Notes under the pieces: generated by a model | Databases searched by the model: none | The model's input: only the letters and a program-made list of their open reading frames with translations | Told to the model about the DNA's origin: nothing | DNA from: Azolla caroliniana | Lineage: Eukaryota > Plantae > Polypodiophyta | Assembly (NCBI GenBank): GCA_043228905.1 | Contig: JBHGNT010000005.1 | Span: 1,488,001 to 1,552,000, forward strand | DNA: 64,000 nucleotides | Reading direction: 5' to 3' | Translations under genes and position numbers: made by a program | Part shown: piece after piece, positions 26,093-39,163 of the stretch | Position numbering within the stretch: the first letter of the stretch is position 1 | How the letters are laid out: each line of letters opens with the position of its first letter

Positions 26093-29000
26093 GTTCTTGA
26101 TGTAGGGTATTAAAAAATATGTACTCATGGCAAACAAAATCTAGTTTTGGAGATGATTTGTGTTTATTCCTTTCGTTTAGTTGAGTATGTGTCGAGGTTG
26201 TGCTAAAAGAAAAAACATCTTTTAAATATTTTTGAAGGGAAACTTCGAGTTGGTTAAAGCAGTTTTGAGGTTATTTTTTAGCTGTTTATATGTTCTTTTT
26301 ATGTCATGATGAGGATATATCATTTGGTTACTTCAATGAGTCCTAAACCCTTGTCTTGATATATATTTGGTTGAAGTTCTGCATTGTTTCTTGTCCACTT
26401 ATGTATCACATGTGATAGGATGCTCAAATGTGTAGCTGCTCTTTTGTCCGATGATTGTGTGTCCAACGTTGCAACTTATTGATTGAAATAACGTTCTATG
26501 TTTGTGATTATTGATTGAGATGAAGTTTTACTATTGTCCTTTAAGGATAAATATTACATTTAGTATGATTTGATTAATGATCACTGTTGGAAATGGGCGT
26601 GCACATTGTGGCAATCATCAGAGTATTGTGTGTAGGAACTGCAGTATATTAACATGTTTGATAGCAAACTTGAATGTCCATCTATTTCGGAGCACTGTAG
26701 TGAAGTGTGATTTGGAGAGTTCTGTAACTCATTTGGGATGAACATTTCAGTGCATTGGATTACATTTTGATTTTGTTTATGGTAAAATATGTACACAGTT
26801 TTATCAGTATCTTCACCTATTTCCCAACACCACATATTGTCTTGTTGAAGAGACGGTGATCTAAGTTTGATGTGGACAAAGATTGATGTTCTCTAGGCAT
26901 GTCTCTTGTGAGTATATTTGACCTGCTAATAATCTGTGGATCAGTTTTATTGTACAATGGTGCGGGGCTTCCAATATATGGTACATTGTTGCTGCAGAAA
27001 AGACCTGAGTTTGGTAATATTGATGCATCATGTAGGAAATGTGATGGATCGTGATTTTGTTCTAGTTGATAGTATGTGGATCCAATTCATTGGTGCCAGA
27101 GAAAAGCCTGAGTTAGGATCTATTGTTGCATTGTATAGCAAATGTGATGTACTCCACTTTGGAAACCAACCAAAGAGGAACATAGAGTGAACTAATATGA
27201 TGAAAATCCTTTGGCATTGACATGTGTTATAGATATTGCTTTAACTGGGAATCCTTGCCAATTGTTAGTGAGTAAATATGTTTCTTTATGGCTATTCATT
27301 TCACCTAGATGTGAAACACAAGATGGAACATATCTCATTTGTTTCTATGTTCTATGAGTATGGGGACGATTTGCAAACATTTCTCTAGTTTTCAACGTAT
27401 GCGCAATTTGCTCCTTGAAAGATGAGACGAGGTGCACCCTTAAATGTGTAGGCTCCATACTCCTTCCCTTGTTTTGTACATTAAACCATTGCCTATACTA
27501 TATAGTCCTAATTTACCATGCTAGGCACAATGCATGAAGTATATTTGTAACATAAAAACAAGTATGTCTTCGAAATTTTATTTTGCATGCTTAAAATTTT
27601 AATTCTAATGAGGTTGATAGAGATGATTAAGAAACTCATTCCCCCATTGAGCCCCCTTAAAAGTACTTCCCATTAGGAAAATTTATAACTCACATCTTGG
27701 TCTTTTAAGCTTTTGGAATATTCCACTATCACTCTTTGTCGACCAAATGGAAAGAGGTTTTCCAAGGGATATTTTGGAGTTTCTTTTTAGAAAAATGTCA
27801 TAACTATGATACAATAGATGCAAATTTCATTCATTCTCGGCGCCATGCTAAAAACTATTTGCCCATAGAAGTTACAATACATACATCTCTCAAATTTCAA
27901 TATAGTAGATGTGGAAGGGAGAGTTTGTGCACATCCATGCATGAAGATTAATTGAAAATCATATCATTATTTACAAATCCAATGAATGTTGGTTATGTTA
28001 TGCACCATTAGAAAGCATACCATAGAAGGGTGGAATGACACTCTCTTAGGGGTGAGAATTGTCGCGTGTCATGGCTGATGCGATAGGTTTGTTGGTGGGT
28101 GATTGGTAACTTGTTGCACAAAATGTTGGCCCATCATGTATGACGAGTCCCATCCTACAATGATTTATTATATGTGGGGATGGATTGTTGTTGGGTCTTA
28201 ACAATGTGCCGATTGGGTGCTTAAAATGATTGATGGCTCCCACCTAGTGTCTACATGGTGTGTGTTTGAAAGAAACCCCACCAAGATAGGCACATGATTG
28301 ACGTAGGTAGAAAATCGATTGAACGTTTGTTTGGGTTAGCGATACCAGTTTGTCCGTGCGGGCTCATCCGAATCAAAGTGATTGAGAGCATTCGATGGCA
28401 TCCGCCCAAAAATGAAAAAAAGAGGGGTATTGGGAAAGAAAGGAAGATGCTTTGTGTGAGATAAGAAAGGACACGTGTAAATTAATTAAAAAAGGAAGAG
28501 AAAGGGAATGGGGGAGGGATTTTGATCTAAAGCAACATGTTGATGTATGTATTTCTGTACACATGTATATATATAAATGTATTATGTAATAGAAATGTAT
28601 ATGTATGTATGAATGTGCGTATACACACACATACATACAGATGCATAAAGAATGTATACAGTATACATATGTATGTATTTCATGTATTTTTTTATGTGTG
28701 TGTGTATATGGTATGTATGTGAATTTGCATTACACATATGTTATGTTATGTACATAAAGAATGATGGTGGATGATAATGATGATGGCAATGCCAGGAAAT
28801 AACAGATGAACACATACAAATCAAAAGCAGACTTGCTTGGTTCATCTCCATTCCTTCTCCTTCTCCTTCTTCTTCTTCTGCACAGACCATGAAATCAATC
28901 CGTGCCCATTCCATCTGATGTATGCCGTGGAAGCGTGACGGACAAGGGCAAGGAAAGCAGAAGTCATTCGCACGCGTGCCTAGAGCGCTTCAGGCATCTT

Positions 29001-29936
29001 CTCTCCCCTCCCACCTTCTTTCAATCAAGGGATCCAGAAGGTTATTGTTTTCATTGCCACCATCCTCGCGACGCCATAATCTGTTCCCACATTTGAAAGG
29101 TGTATTTCTAACTTCATCTCCTGCGTGCATCAATTACTGATGGTTTGAAATGCTTCCCAATTATTATTAGGGTTTCTATTCTTCATCTTCTGTCATTCCG
29201 CGTTTTTGTTTTTAAGATAAAAGACCTTTCAGGCCTTAGATTAGGGTTAATGAAGAAGGTCACTGGAGAGAGAGAGCCTTTTTTTTTTCCTGTGTTCCAT
29301 CTCTGTTCTAAAGCAGATTATATAGATGATTACAGAACTTATGAATTGGTTGATTCCCTTTCATAGAATTGTTAAGCCATGGATGGCTTGAAAAAGGTCA
29401 GTTTTTTTCTCTCTCAGAGAATGGGATGTGTAAGATGATTTCAATAATTTAAAAGGGTTGTATTTCTTTCACAACATTGCGTAAGAAAGGTTGTGTTTCT
29501 CTTTCAGGGATGTGGGATAGGACGATTATATGGCTTAAAGCAGCTGTTTTGCCTTTCACAAAATGTTTACGTTAATGATGAGTAAATGGCTTGAAAAGGG
29601 CATATTTTTCTTCACACAAGATTTGGCTAAATTTAAACAGGGCTGTGTTTCTTTCTCAGAATGATTAGGTTGAAGATAATTATGTGGATTAAAAAGGGCT
29701 GTCCTTCTTCCCAGAGTGAAGAATTATGATAATTATGATTCCAAGACTCTGATAATAAGGGCTATGTTTATTTTACTGAATTGTAGGAGAAAGGTAAATA
29801 ATCGATAGTGTTGCCATTTTATGGAAGTTTTGTAACTCCGAATCTGAAGCTTCTGCTCTGCCACACACTGATTCAGTTTGAGAATTAAAGGCCACCTGTC
29901 TTTATACATACACATCCACGCATTGCATATATCAAC

Positions 29937-32900
29937 ATGACTCGTGTGGTGGTTCAAAGAGGCCAAGGTTCATCAGGTTCTACTCAGTCTAGGTCAGCCT
30001 CATCAGCTTTGTCAATTACTCCAAATCAGCCTTCTTCTGGTACAGTCTCCACCTCTTCCAATGCGGAGGAGGATGCCAAAAATGAATCTAGAGAGCTCGA
30101 TTCCGCAGCTTGTAATGATTCAGCAAGTTCTAGTGTTGACCCTCATGGGAAGGCTAAAGGGCTCTTATTCCCTGAAGATGATAATGGTAAAGGAAAAGAA
30201 GCTATTGCACCGTTAGTAGAGGGTGATTCAGAAACTAGCAGGAAACCACAAGCTGTAAAAGCCATTGTTTCTGATCAAGAGAAGATTATTGTGCTGTCGG
30301 AGGATGTAGGAGCTCAAAAGCTTCTTTCTGATGGGAAGAGTGGAGGGAATTCTCAAGAAACTATGGATGAGGTGAGTGGAATACAAAACAAATCAAATCT
30401 ACCCTCTTCACCATTTCAAACGAATGCGGATGAGATAGCTTCATCTTCATCATCATCTTCCAAATTGGCCGATACAACACCTTGCTCATCTTCATTAACT
30501 CCATCTGGCTTGATGCCAGCCACCTCTAGAAGAACTGTCTTAGGTAGTTCTTTAATCCCTGGAGTCAGAACACCAATCGGGGCATCTCGAAAGAACTGGA
30601 GAAGCATCAAGTCTTCCAAAAGTCCTCCACAGAATTCTCGATCTTCATCCCCAAGGTCATACATGGAGACAGATGGATACAACAGTGCAGATGAACAAAA
30701 TCCGTGGGCATTGCCATCATCAAGATCCTTTGAAGATAATGTAAATCATTCATCATAATGTCAGGCTAATTTTATTGAGCTTTCTTAATACCTTTTTATA
30801 CATAGTTCAATAAACTGGTTGGTATCTGCAGGATGATCGTGAACGCCAGTTTGAAATTGAGATAAGACGAGCAAAGGGTTTGGAAGTTCGCAGGATGGCA
30901 GAAGATGGAAACTGTCTTTTCCGTGCGGTTTCTGATCAGGTCTATGGTGATGCTGAAATGCATGGTGAGACTCGGCAAATGTGCATTGACTATATGGTAT
31001 GTGTCTCAATTTTCAAGTGAAACCTTAGATTGATCTCTTATCAATAAAATCATTTGTTATTTTCACAACTTACCAATTTGAGACAAAAGAGTTTCCTAGT
31101 GAGACTATTGAACATAAAATAGCAGTGCATATTTCTGTTTGGATCAATAGAGGGACAATACATTTGGACTTTTTCTTTTATTATCACAACTGGACGTAAT
31201 TTACGGTGAGACTCTTCAATTGAATATTCGTGTCTGTCTGCAGTGTGTGTTTACAATGTACATGTCTTACATGTGTGAAGTGTTATGATTGCAATGTCAT
31301 CAAAGTTAATGTAAAATCTTGAGTATCTATTGCGTTTTTTGTATGTGCATTGATAATAGAAATAGTAAAAGCTGCCAAAAAATCATAGGCAATGGTTTTG
31401 ATTAAAAAAATGTGGGGAATGTAAGCATTTTGCATAATTGCATAAGAAGCATGAAATGTTTGTACTCACAAAATGGGAAGTTACAGACTACTGTGCAGTA
31501 AATTACATTGATTTGAAACTATGGAAAATGATGCTGTGGTTATATTGATGGTGTCCAAAATTGTGACATAAACTGCCACAAGAATTCGACAGCGTTACTT
31601 TTGTATATGATTTGTAGGGTACATTTTCCATCTCACAGTCTCCCCTGGGAAATGGAAGTTGTGTGTTGTGTCATTTTTCTGCCCATGATATGTCAAAAGG
31701 TCTTATTCAGGGTAGGTTTGTCGGTATACAATCACATTTTCAGCAGTTTTTTTGCAATGTTTAAAGTTGTGGAATGACGGTGAGTTAGATCTTAATTTCT
31801 TTCGTCTGAAAAGTACGAAAAGCCTTGTGGCTTCTTATGCAGTCTAGAGATAGCTGCTACTGCTGTGCATTTGTGTGTGCAAGGTGCCTGAGAAAAATGT
31901 GTGCAACATTAGATAATTTCCTACAAAACGCGTGCAGTGTGCAATAAAGATAAACATTCATATGTTAATGGTTGATGGTGATATTTTCTTTGGGCACTAA
32001 TGTCTTACCTGGAAACATGTACATGGTGCTGAATGTGCCATTTTTTATTTGGAGAAACATTTATATAGTGTAAGTGTCTTATTTTTTTATCTAGAGTAAT
32101 CTCTACATGGTAGAGTTGTAGAGGAAATCATCTTGTAGAGCTGAGCATATGTCAACTTGTATGTGTTGTAAGTGATATTGCTATATAACAGACTGATTAA
32201 TATATTTGCTTAGCTTGTGCATTCACTTTAGCAACTAAGTGGGAAAGCAGCCTTACCTGTTGCTGTCATGCTTTGTTTTGGCATAAAGGATAAAAGAATT
32301 AAGCAGTCAGTTTACTGTTATACTTAAAGAATAATATCTCCCCCTCTGCATTCTGTTCAAACACACTTTTGAGCAATTAAAAAAACGATCCCATTCCTGT
32401 ACAAAAATCATTAATACAATTGTATAAAATAATAAATGTTTTATTTCTTTAGAGACCTCAATCAATATTGCTTGTGTGAGTGTAGTTATGTTTAAGTGAT
32501 ATACCATACATAGTAACATTCATAAATGAATAGTTATTTCAATTTGAAGCAAACTGCTATATTTACAGAGAATAGTTTTAGACCTGGACCTGACTTTTGC
32601 TGTTTACAAATGTAGAAGGCTCATAATGTAAAACGATTGTTATTTTTCTCTTCATAGGAAAAAGAAAGAGATCATTTCTCACAATTTGTCACAGAGAGCT
32701 TCTCAACGTATTGCAAAAGGAAGCGAAGGGATAAGGTATGCAAAAGGAAGCGTTTTTCTCTTGAGGGAATAAAGTTTGTCTGCGCATGTTACTGTTGTGA
32801 ACTGTTTACAATGTGGATTAAGGATTTTTATTTCTTAGGAATAGGATTAGCAGGTTCTTCTATGTGGGACATGAATTTCTTCTTGGTTTTATTGGATACA

Positions 32901-35900
32901 CTTGCATTTGTATTAATATGTTCTGTTGCACACAGGATTCTCAACTAACATTACAAGTTTTGTGATTCAGATATTTGGCAATAACTTGGAAATTCAAGCA
33001 ATGGCAGAGATGTATAATCGACCCATTCATATTTTTTCATATGGCACAGGTAATTAGATAACTGCGACAGCTACAATTCTCTGAAATTCGTTTGCAAGTT
33101 TCTTCATGCAATTTACAATTTTTGCTGTCTGTATTGCATGGTAAAGCAGAACCCAAAAATATTTTTCAAAGAAATTATGAGACCGACATGCCACCTATTC
33201 GGCTCAGCTATCACCGTGGAAATCATTACAACTCCCTTTTTGATCCCCTCAGACCTACAGTTGGGGCAGGGCTTGGCTTTGGAAGCCTTCATGGGGTGAG
33301 CCTCAACAGTCAATGTTTGTACATGATTTATTGTAATTACACCATTCATTTGATTAAATGTGTTTGTCCTCTTGTTAATTCAAGCTATTTAAGGGGGGTG
33401 TACCTATGAGAAGAAGAACCCTTGTGTTTCATGGTGTCCAAAATTGTTTACCCCCATTAAGAGAAGTTGCAACGTATGTTACATTTTGTCAGTATAGACA
33501 TTGGCTGGGTCTTGAATTGGTGTCAAAATAGGTCTCGGAGGTGCATTGTGGGATTGAAAGTGTAGGAACATTTCCTTAAAACATCCTCTTTGGCTAATAA
33601 ATATTCCATTGCTATTTAGGTGGGGCAGTTCCTCCATTAAAATGAAAGAGACAGCTTGGGTACTCCTTGTAAAGATTTTTTTATGGTGCTCTGAATGTTT
33701 TCTTGGCTCTACCATATTCTTGGCTTGTGTGAGGTGAAAACTATGAGATTTAGAGTCTCACTTTCTATAGAATGTTAAGCAAGAGAGGTTAAGTGAAGAT
33801 AGGAACAGTGAAGAAATAATTAACATATGAATTTTTAAAGTCTCTCTGGATGAACCCTGTAAGTGTAGTTTAATGTCCACCAGACATTAACAATCACAAG
33901 AGGCTGAAGTCAGCCTTCAGGGCAAAGATTGATCTTTAGGAAACTGGTCAGCTTTACACTTGGTAATTATTCTCGAAATAGTTTTATAAACATGAAGCAT
34001 GAAGTGCTAATCTACTCTGTAGAGCTTGATTGGTGGGAAAACAGAACATGATGTCTAACCTTGGTGTATTGAAACAGCGCTATGATAAGTACAGTGAGAA
34101 ATTCAATGGTCTATAACCTGGTAGTGATATGGCTAATGTGCATTGTACCCTGGCCCTTGTGGTCTCTCATGATGTTCCTCCGTCCATGTGTGAGGGATTC
34201 ACCAATAGTGGTGAATCCCTGACACATTATTGGTGGAGGTGCGAGTCTGTGGGAATGCCTCGTGTTAAAGTAAGGGTCCATTCCTTTCTTTCTGAAGCCC
34301 GAGGAAGCATTGCCCAAAGGCATGTGAGACAGTCTTTGCCATCATTGTTCAGGGTGTCGGTAAAAAATGGAATACTTTTCTCTGATGCATTGTACATTTG
34401 GATTCTGCATAGTTGCGTGTTCATGTTCCTAGTATGTATGGTATACACAGTGTAGATATTCACTCCCGAATGAACAGATAATTTATAACCTCTGGCTACT
34501 CTGATCTTTTAGAGGTTTTATGAATTGCAGATCAAATGGTTTTTGAAACCCAACCTCTTCTAAAAATTTCTTGCTGCATGCTCAATAGCATTTGTTACGT
34601 AGGTGCATTTATGCATTTCTTCATAAGAGGATGTTGATGCAAATCTTCAGAGAATGTTAACAGTAGTCAAATATGTATTCACATGTGGTTTAGGCATTGC
34701 CTATAATTGAGGTTTGAGGCATGCAAGCAGAGATCCATTGTTACAATCAGAGTGCTAGCTGATAGGATGGTTTCCTGCTTTCATCATTCATGTGAATGCA
34801 AAGTGTGTTGGCATGGATTTCCCGAGGTGCTCAAGTATAGTGTTTGTAAATGAGAAACCTCCAGAGATCTTAGTCAATGGAGAATTTCATGCACTCTGAA
34901 AGTATATGATGGGCATTGGATAAAGCCACCGTTTTTGGCTTTGTCTGCTTCATCCAAATGTCAATGTCTTATTCTTGAAAGAATGTATGCTAAGGAACTA
35001 AGGATGGCCAAGAATAGCCTTTTAAGCGCTCTTTTGTATAATTGGATATGACTGATTATGAGATCTGTTGTGCCCTTTTCCAAAATAAAACCAAAGCCTT
35101 CAACTAGTTCCATTCCTTTATTGTCAGGTTTTTTTTCTATGGTTGTGAGGCTAACTTCTGGATGTACTCCTGTATTGGTAGCGCTCATGTATAAATTTTC
35201 AGTCACTGTCATTTTCTTGCTGTTTGCTTGGTAGCTAGCTAATGAGAGTAGAGCACATGATGTGTCTCCGACAAATAAGTTCGATTTTAGGCTGAACACA
35301 GAGATCCTCTTGCCTTATATATTCCTTCTTGTTGTACAACTTGAGAACTGAATACTCAATCGTAAGGCCTTTTTTTGCAGGCAAATGTTGATAGGGATAA
35401 AGTGAAGGCTGCTATTAAAGCACAACAGGATTTACAAATTGATAAGGTCTTTATTCATATGTACCTAACTAAATAGGTAACATGTCTAGCAAAGTTAGGT
35501 TGGTGTTATATTGAACTCATCGTAGGAATCATTTGATACAGGCACTTGTGGCTGAGGGGCGACTATATTCGGACATGGAGTTGACGGAGCAAGAGATGGA
35601 AAGGATGGTCATTGAAACATCAAGAGCTGAATTTCTTGCAGAGGAGTACGGATACCAGTTAGGATGTGAAGAATCATCGACATCAGCAGGTTGTAATATT
35701 TTATTTCAATTTGATCTTTTTTTCTTCTTGTTTTTATGAGACTTCAGCTGTTAATTTGGTTTGGAGTTTGTGTTAACTCATTTAGTTCACCCATCAGTTT
35801 GTTTGGTTGTGCTTGAACTATGAGTAGTCTTCAAATACTGATTGAAAACAACCTACCAACAATGTCCCTATAAATTATGATCTCAATCACTTCGTATTTT

Positions 35901-36222
35901 TAGATTTATTGGTTTCTAATAGGTCCCTCTTCCCTTTTCAGCTGGGTCATCTAGTAGCCGAGGCGAGACTCATGATAATCAGGGAAAATCAACTCGACAG
36001 ATGGCATCAGCAACAAGTCTTGGTTCGAATGCCCTTGAGACCATTACCCCGAACATGAGAATGATGTTATCAATGGGATTTAGCTATTTCCGAGTAATGG
36101 AAGCTTACAATGTATTTGGTGATGACATCAATAACATGCTTTGCTATCTTCTTGAAGTAGAGGCAGGTGGTATGTTTGATGATTCAAATTATAGAATGAA
36201 AGGTAAGGCAGCAGAAAGATAG
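29937..36222 (+). CDS. OTU-domain deubiquitinase, OTLD1/OTU6-like, with a C-terminal UBA-like domain
   Basis: Exons 29937-30740, 30832-30996, 32658-32735, 32971-33049, 33150-33296, 35381-35446, 35542-35689, 35942-36222. MTRVVVQRG start, EDGNCLFRAVSDQVYGD (catalytic Cys loop), GNNLEIQAMAEMYNRPI, RLSYHRGNHYNSL (His loop), MLSMGFSY. Confidence 0.92.
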
Positions 36223-36543
36223 TAGGCTTCTAACAGGAGGCGTCGATAATATATATATATATATATGCACAGGGAGATCAATTGTTTAGGACAATCGAAG
36301 ATTGAGAATACACTTTTAATACCTACTAGATTCTAGTAATTGTAAAGCTACTTTATATGTAGTTGGTATGGTCATATTTATTCAGATAAAGCTAAACAGA
36401 AGATAGCCATTGCTGCATTTGTATAAAGGATCATGTTCTTCATCAACTGGATGATGCTTGTTGTCAGAGAAAAGCTGTTATACTCCAATTTGTATAAAAT
36501 GCTAAATAGCTTTACTTAATCATGCAAGATGGTGACCTTCTTC

Positions 36544-36546
<3 letters not shown>

Positions 36547-36596
<50 letters not shown>
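36547..36596. repeat. (CT)n microsatellite
   Basis: Directly visible. Confidence 0.95.
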
Positions 36597-36599
<3 letters not shown>

Positions 36600-37329
36600 A
36601 TTCCCCACCAGCTGTATTAATTACTAAACTCTGAATGACCTCTCTGATATCTAGGTATACATCATTTTGAAATATTGTTTGGAAGGTGAAGGATGAAATC
36701 AAATTGTAAGATAAATATATTCAGAGGTGTATGTTTGCTTGCTATCTAAAATATTTCAAAAAAGCTAATGGTTCTTGTTACTCCCAAAGAATAGCAAAAT
36801 GTGCTAGCATGGAAAGAGCACAATGTGGATGCCATGTATGCAATCATTGTGAGTGATAGATGCGATGTTAAGGTTGATTCAATACAAATCTTGGCAAATG
36901 TGTAGAGAATCTTGCAACATCAATGTGAGATGTAGAATGAAAGTGAATCTAAAAGATAATGAATAAGGTATATAATGTTTGACCGTACATAGGGCAACCT
37001 AATGTTTGACATAATCACTCAACACCCTTAAGGTGCACAATAAGGAACAACAATTGATGGACAATTACATATTATATACACCACTAAAGATTGAAGATGT
37101 TATAAAGTCAATACCCAATGTTGAAGATGGTGGCTTCACCAATATTCACAATAGTAGGTACAATGCCATGTACAAGAGTTCTTTCCCTAACACTCCAAAA
37201 ATTACACACATCTCTCCAAGACCCAAGTTTCCCATATATATTTTCAATCTTGAAGTGTTTATACTAGGCTATTCAAGTTTGTCATTTCCCCTTAGTGTGT
37301 AATATATACTACATATAGAAAATAATAGT

Positions 37330-38400
37330 CTAGGAGCAGGTGGAAGTGCTCATCGCATGCAAAGACCATCTTCAAGAACAAATGATTGGTGATATTTTGG
37401 AGAACAATTGTCATAAATGTGTATCCATGCATTTGTTCCCAAAGTTTGATGATGTTCACAACATTCATTGCTCATAACCATTCCAACAGTCACGGTGTTG
37501 TTTGTGGCTTGGAATAAAGCAATCTAATAAATTGACGTAAGGTCGCGTTTTTTAATGCTAACTCTAGGGTGGATGTATTTGTCGAACAATGAAAAGCTTT
37601 TCCAATTTGTAAGGAAATGCCATGATGTTGTAAAGTCCCATGTTTGTGTTGAAGTAGGCACTAAGGGAATGGTATGAATGTATAGGTAAATTTCTCATGA
37701 AAAACATCTTAGGAGATGTTGAAATATATGTTGCCTTTAATGTTAAAATTGAATGAGAGTTTTAGGTAATGATCCGACTTTTGTAAATATTGCTTGGTTC
37801 ACATGGAAGCTCTCTATGAATCTTGTTGGGTCTATTGCACATTTGCTTTCGACTAGAGGGGTGTCAAAGGGACATAGGTGATTCATTTTTTAAGCATTTA
37901 AAGTACGGAGGTCAATTCAAAGTCTATGAATCTTGTTGGGTCTATTACACATTTGCTTTCGACGGGAGGGGTGTCAAAGGGACATAGGTGATTCATTTTT
38001 TAAGCATTTAAAGTACGGAGGTCAATTCAAAGTAGATGAAGAATGGAACTATGGGAAACATGGAGAGTTGACCAATATTGTGGGACTATTGTGCCAAGTT
38101 AACACGAGATCCACAAAAGAGTCATTGGCAAGTGAGGATGCATGATGCATGTTCTAGGTTCATGAATGTTGTAGACAAATTTGGGATGAAGTTTCACCAA
38201 CCAACTAAATTGAAAACAAAAGGTTGACTTCTAGATATTGTTCTCTCTAGAATCCAAGATATCTTCTTGATATCCTAATATTAGCAAATTCTCTTGTTGC
38301 CCTTTGCAAAAGCCAAGCTCAAAGCAACTAGCTATGTAGGATGTGAAGTAATATGATTAAGAAAGCTCTTAGATAGTGTGCAACCCAAAGTTAAATTGCT
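37330..38400 (+). mobile_element. Degenerate Ty1/copia RT-RNase H remnant
   Basis: Traces of IDVRS.F (QMDVKSAFLN-like, ~37530), ALREWYE (QAPRAWY-like, ~37660), DPQKSHW (~38110) and CEVI*LRKLL (~38345), with many disruptions. Confidence 0.65.
37813..38032. repeat. 110-bp near-perfect tandem duplication
   Basis: TCTATGAATCTTGTTGGGTCTATT...GGTCAATTCAAAG starts at 37813 and at 37923. Confidence 0.92.
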
Positions 38401-38950
38401 ATAATAGAGGACATGATATTCCATGACAAGTATTGCATATCACTTTATGCTTGACCTTATTTGCAAATGAGAAGTTGGGAGTTGGGAGTTTTGTCAATCG
38501 GTGAATGATTCTACGGGAGAGTTCTAGCAAGTGAGGAAAGAAGAAATGGATGGTGTGAGAATTCGAGTTTACGGGAAAAAGGGAATGATTCGCAAAACCT
38601 CTTGAATGAGGCTTGAGGCCGGTTGATGCATATGGTTGAAATAAAGCACTTGAGGGGGAGTGGTGTTGGGAACAAAGTGACAACAAGCCTCATTACAATA
38701 GTCCACGTGGTGGGTGGTTGAGGACTTAATGCATCGAAGGGTGTTATGTTAGCCTTTCTATTGTTGTTGTCAACACAAGTTTCACGACTATATATACATT
38801 CTCCGGTTACTACTGTTGGTCACACTCCAAACTAAATACACAATACAACCTTGAACCTACAATGTATAGTTCATATTGACTAAAAAGTTACGTCCACTCA
38901 TACGATATCATTGACTAACCCAATCATGCATAATTCTCTAGCTACCTCAA

Positions 38951-39117
38951 GTATGCATGCATGTATGTAGGTATGTATGTATGTATGTATGTATGTATGT
39001 ATGTCTATGGGTATGCATGTATCTAGTTGGACAAACTTACATATCCACGTAGAAACACACATTTATACATACGTGGACACACACATACGTGCATATATCT
39101 GTGGATACATCCATACA

Positions 39118-39154
<37 letters not shown>

Positions 39155-39163
39155 TACATACAT
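38951..39163. repeat. (TATG)n and (CA)n microsatellites
   Basis: Directly visible. Confidence 0.9.
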
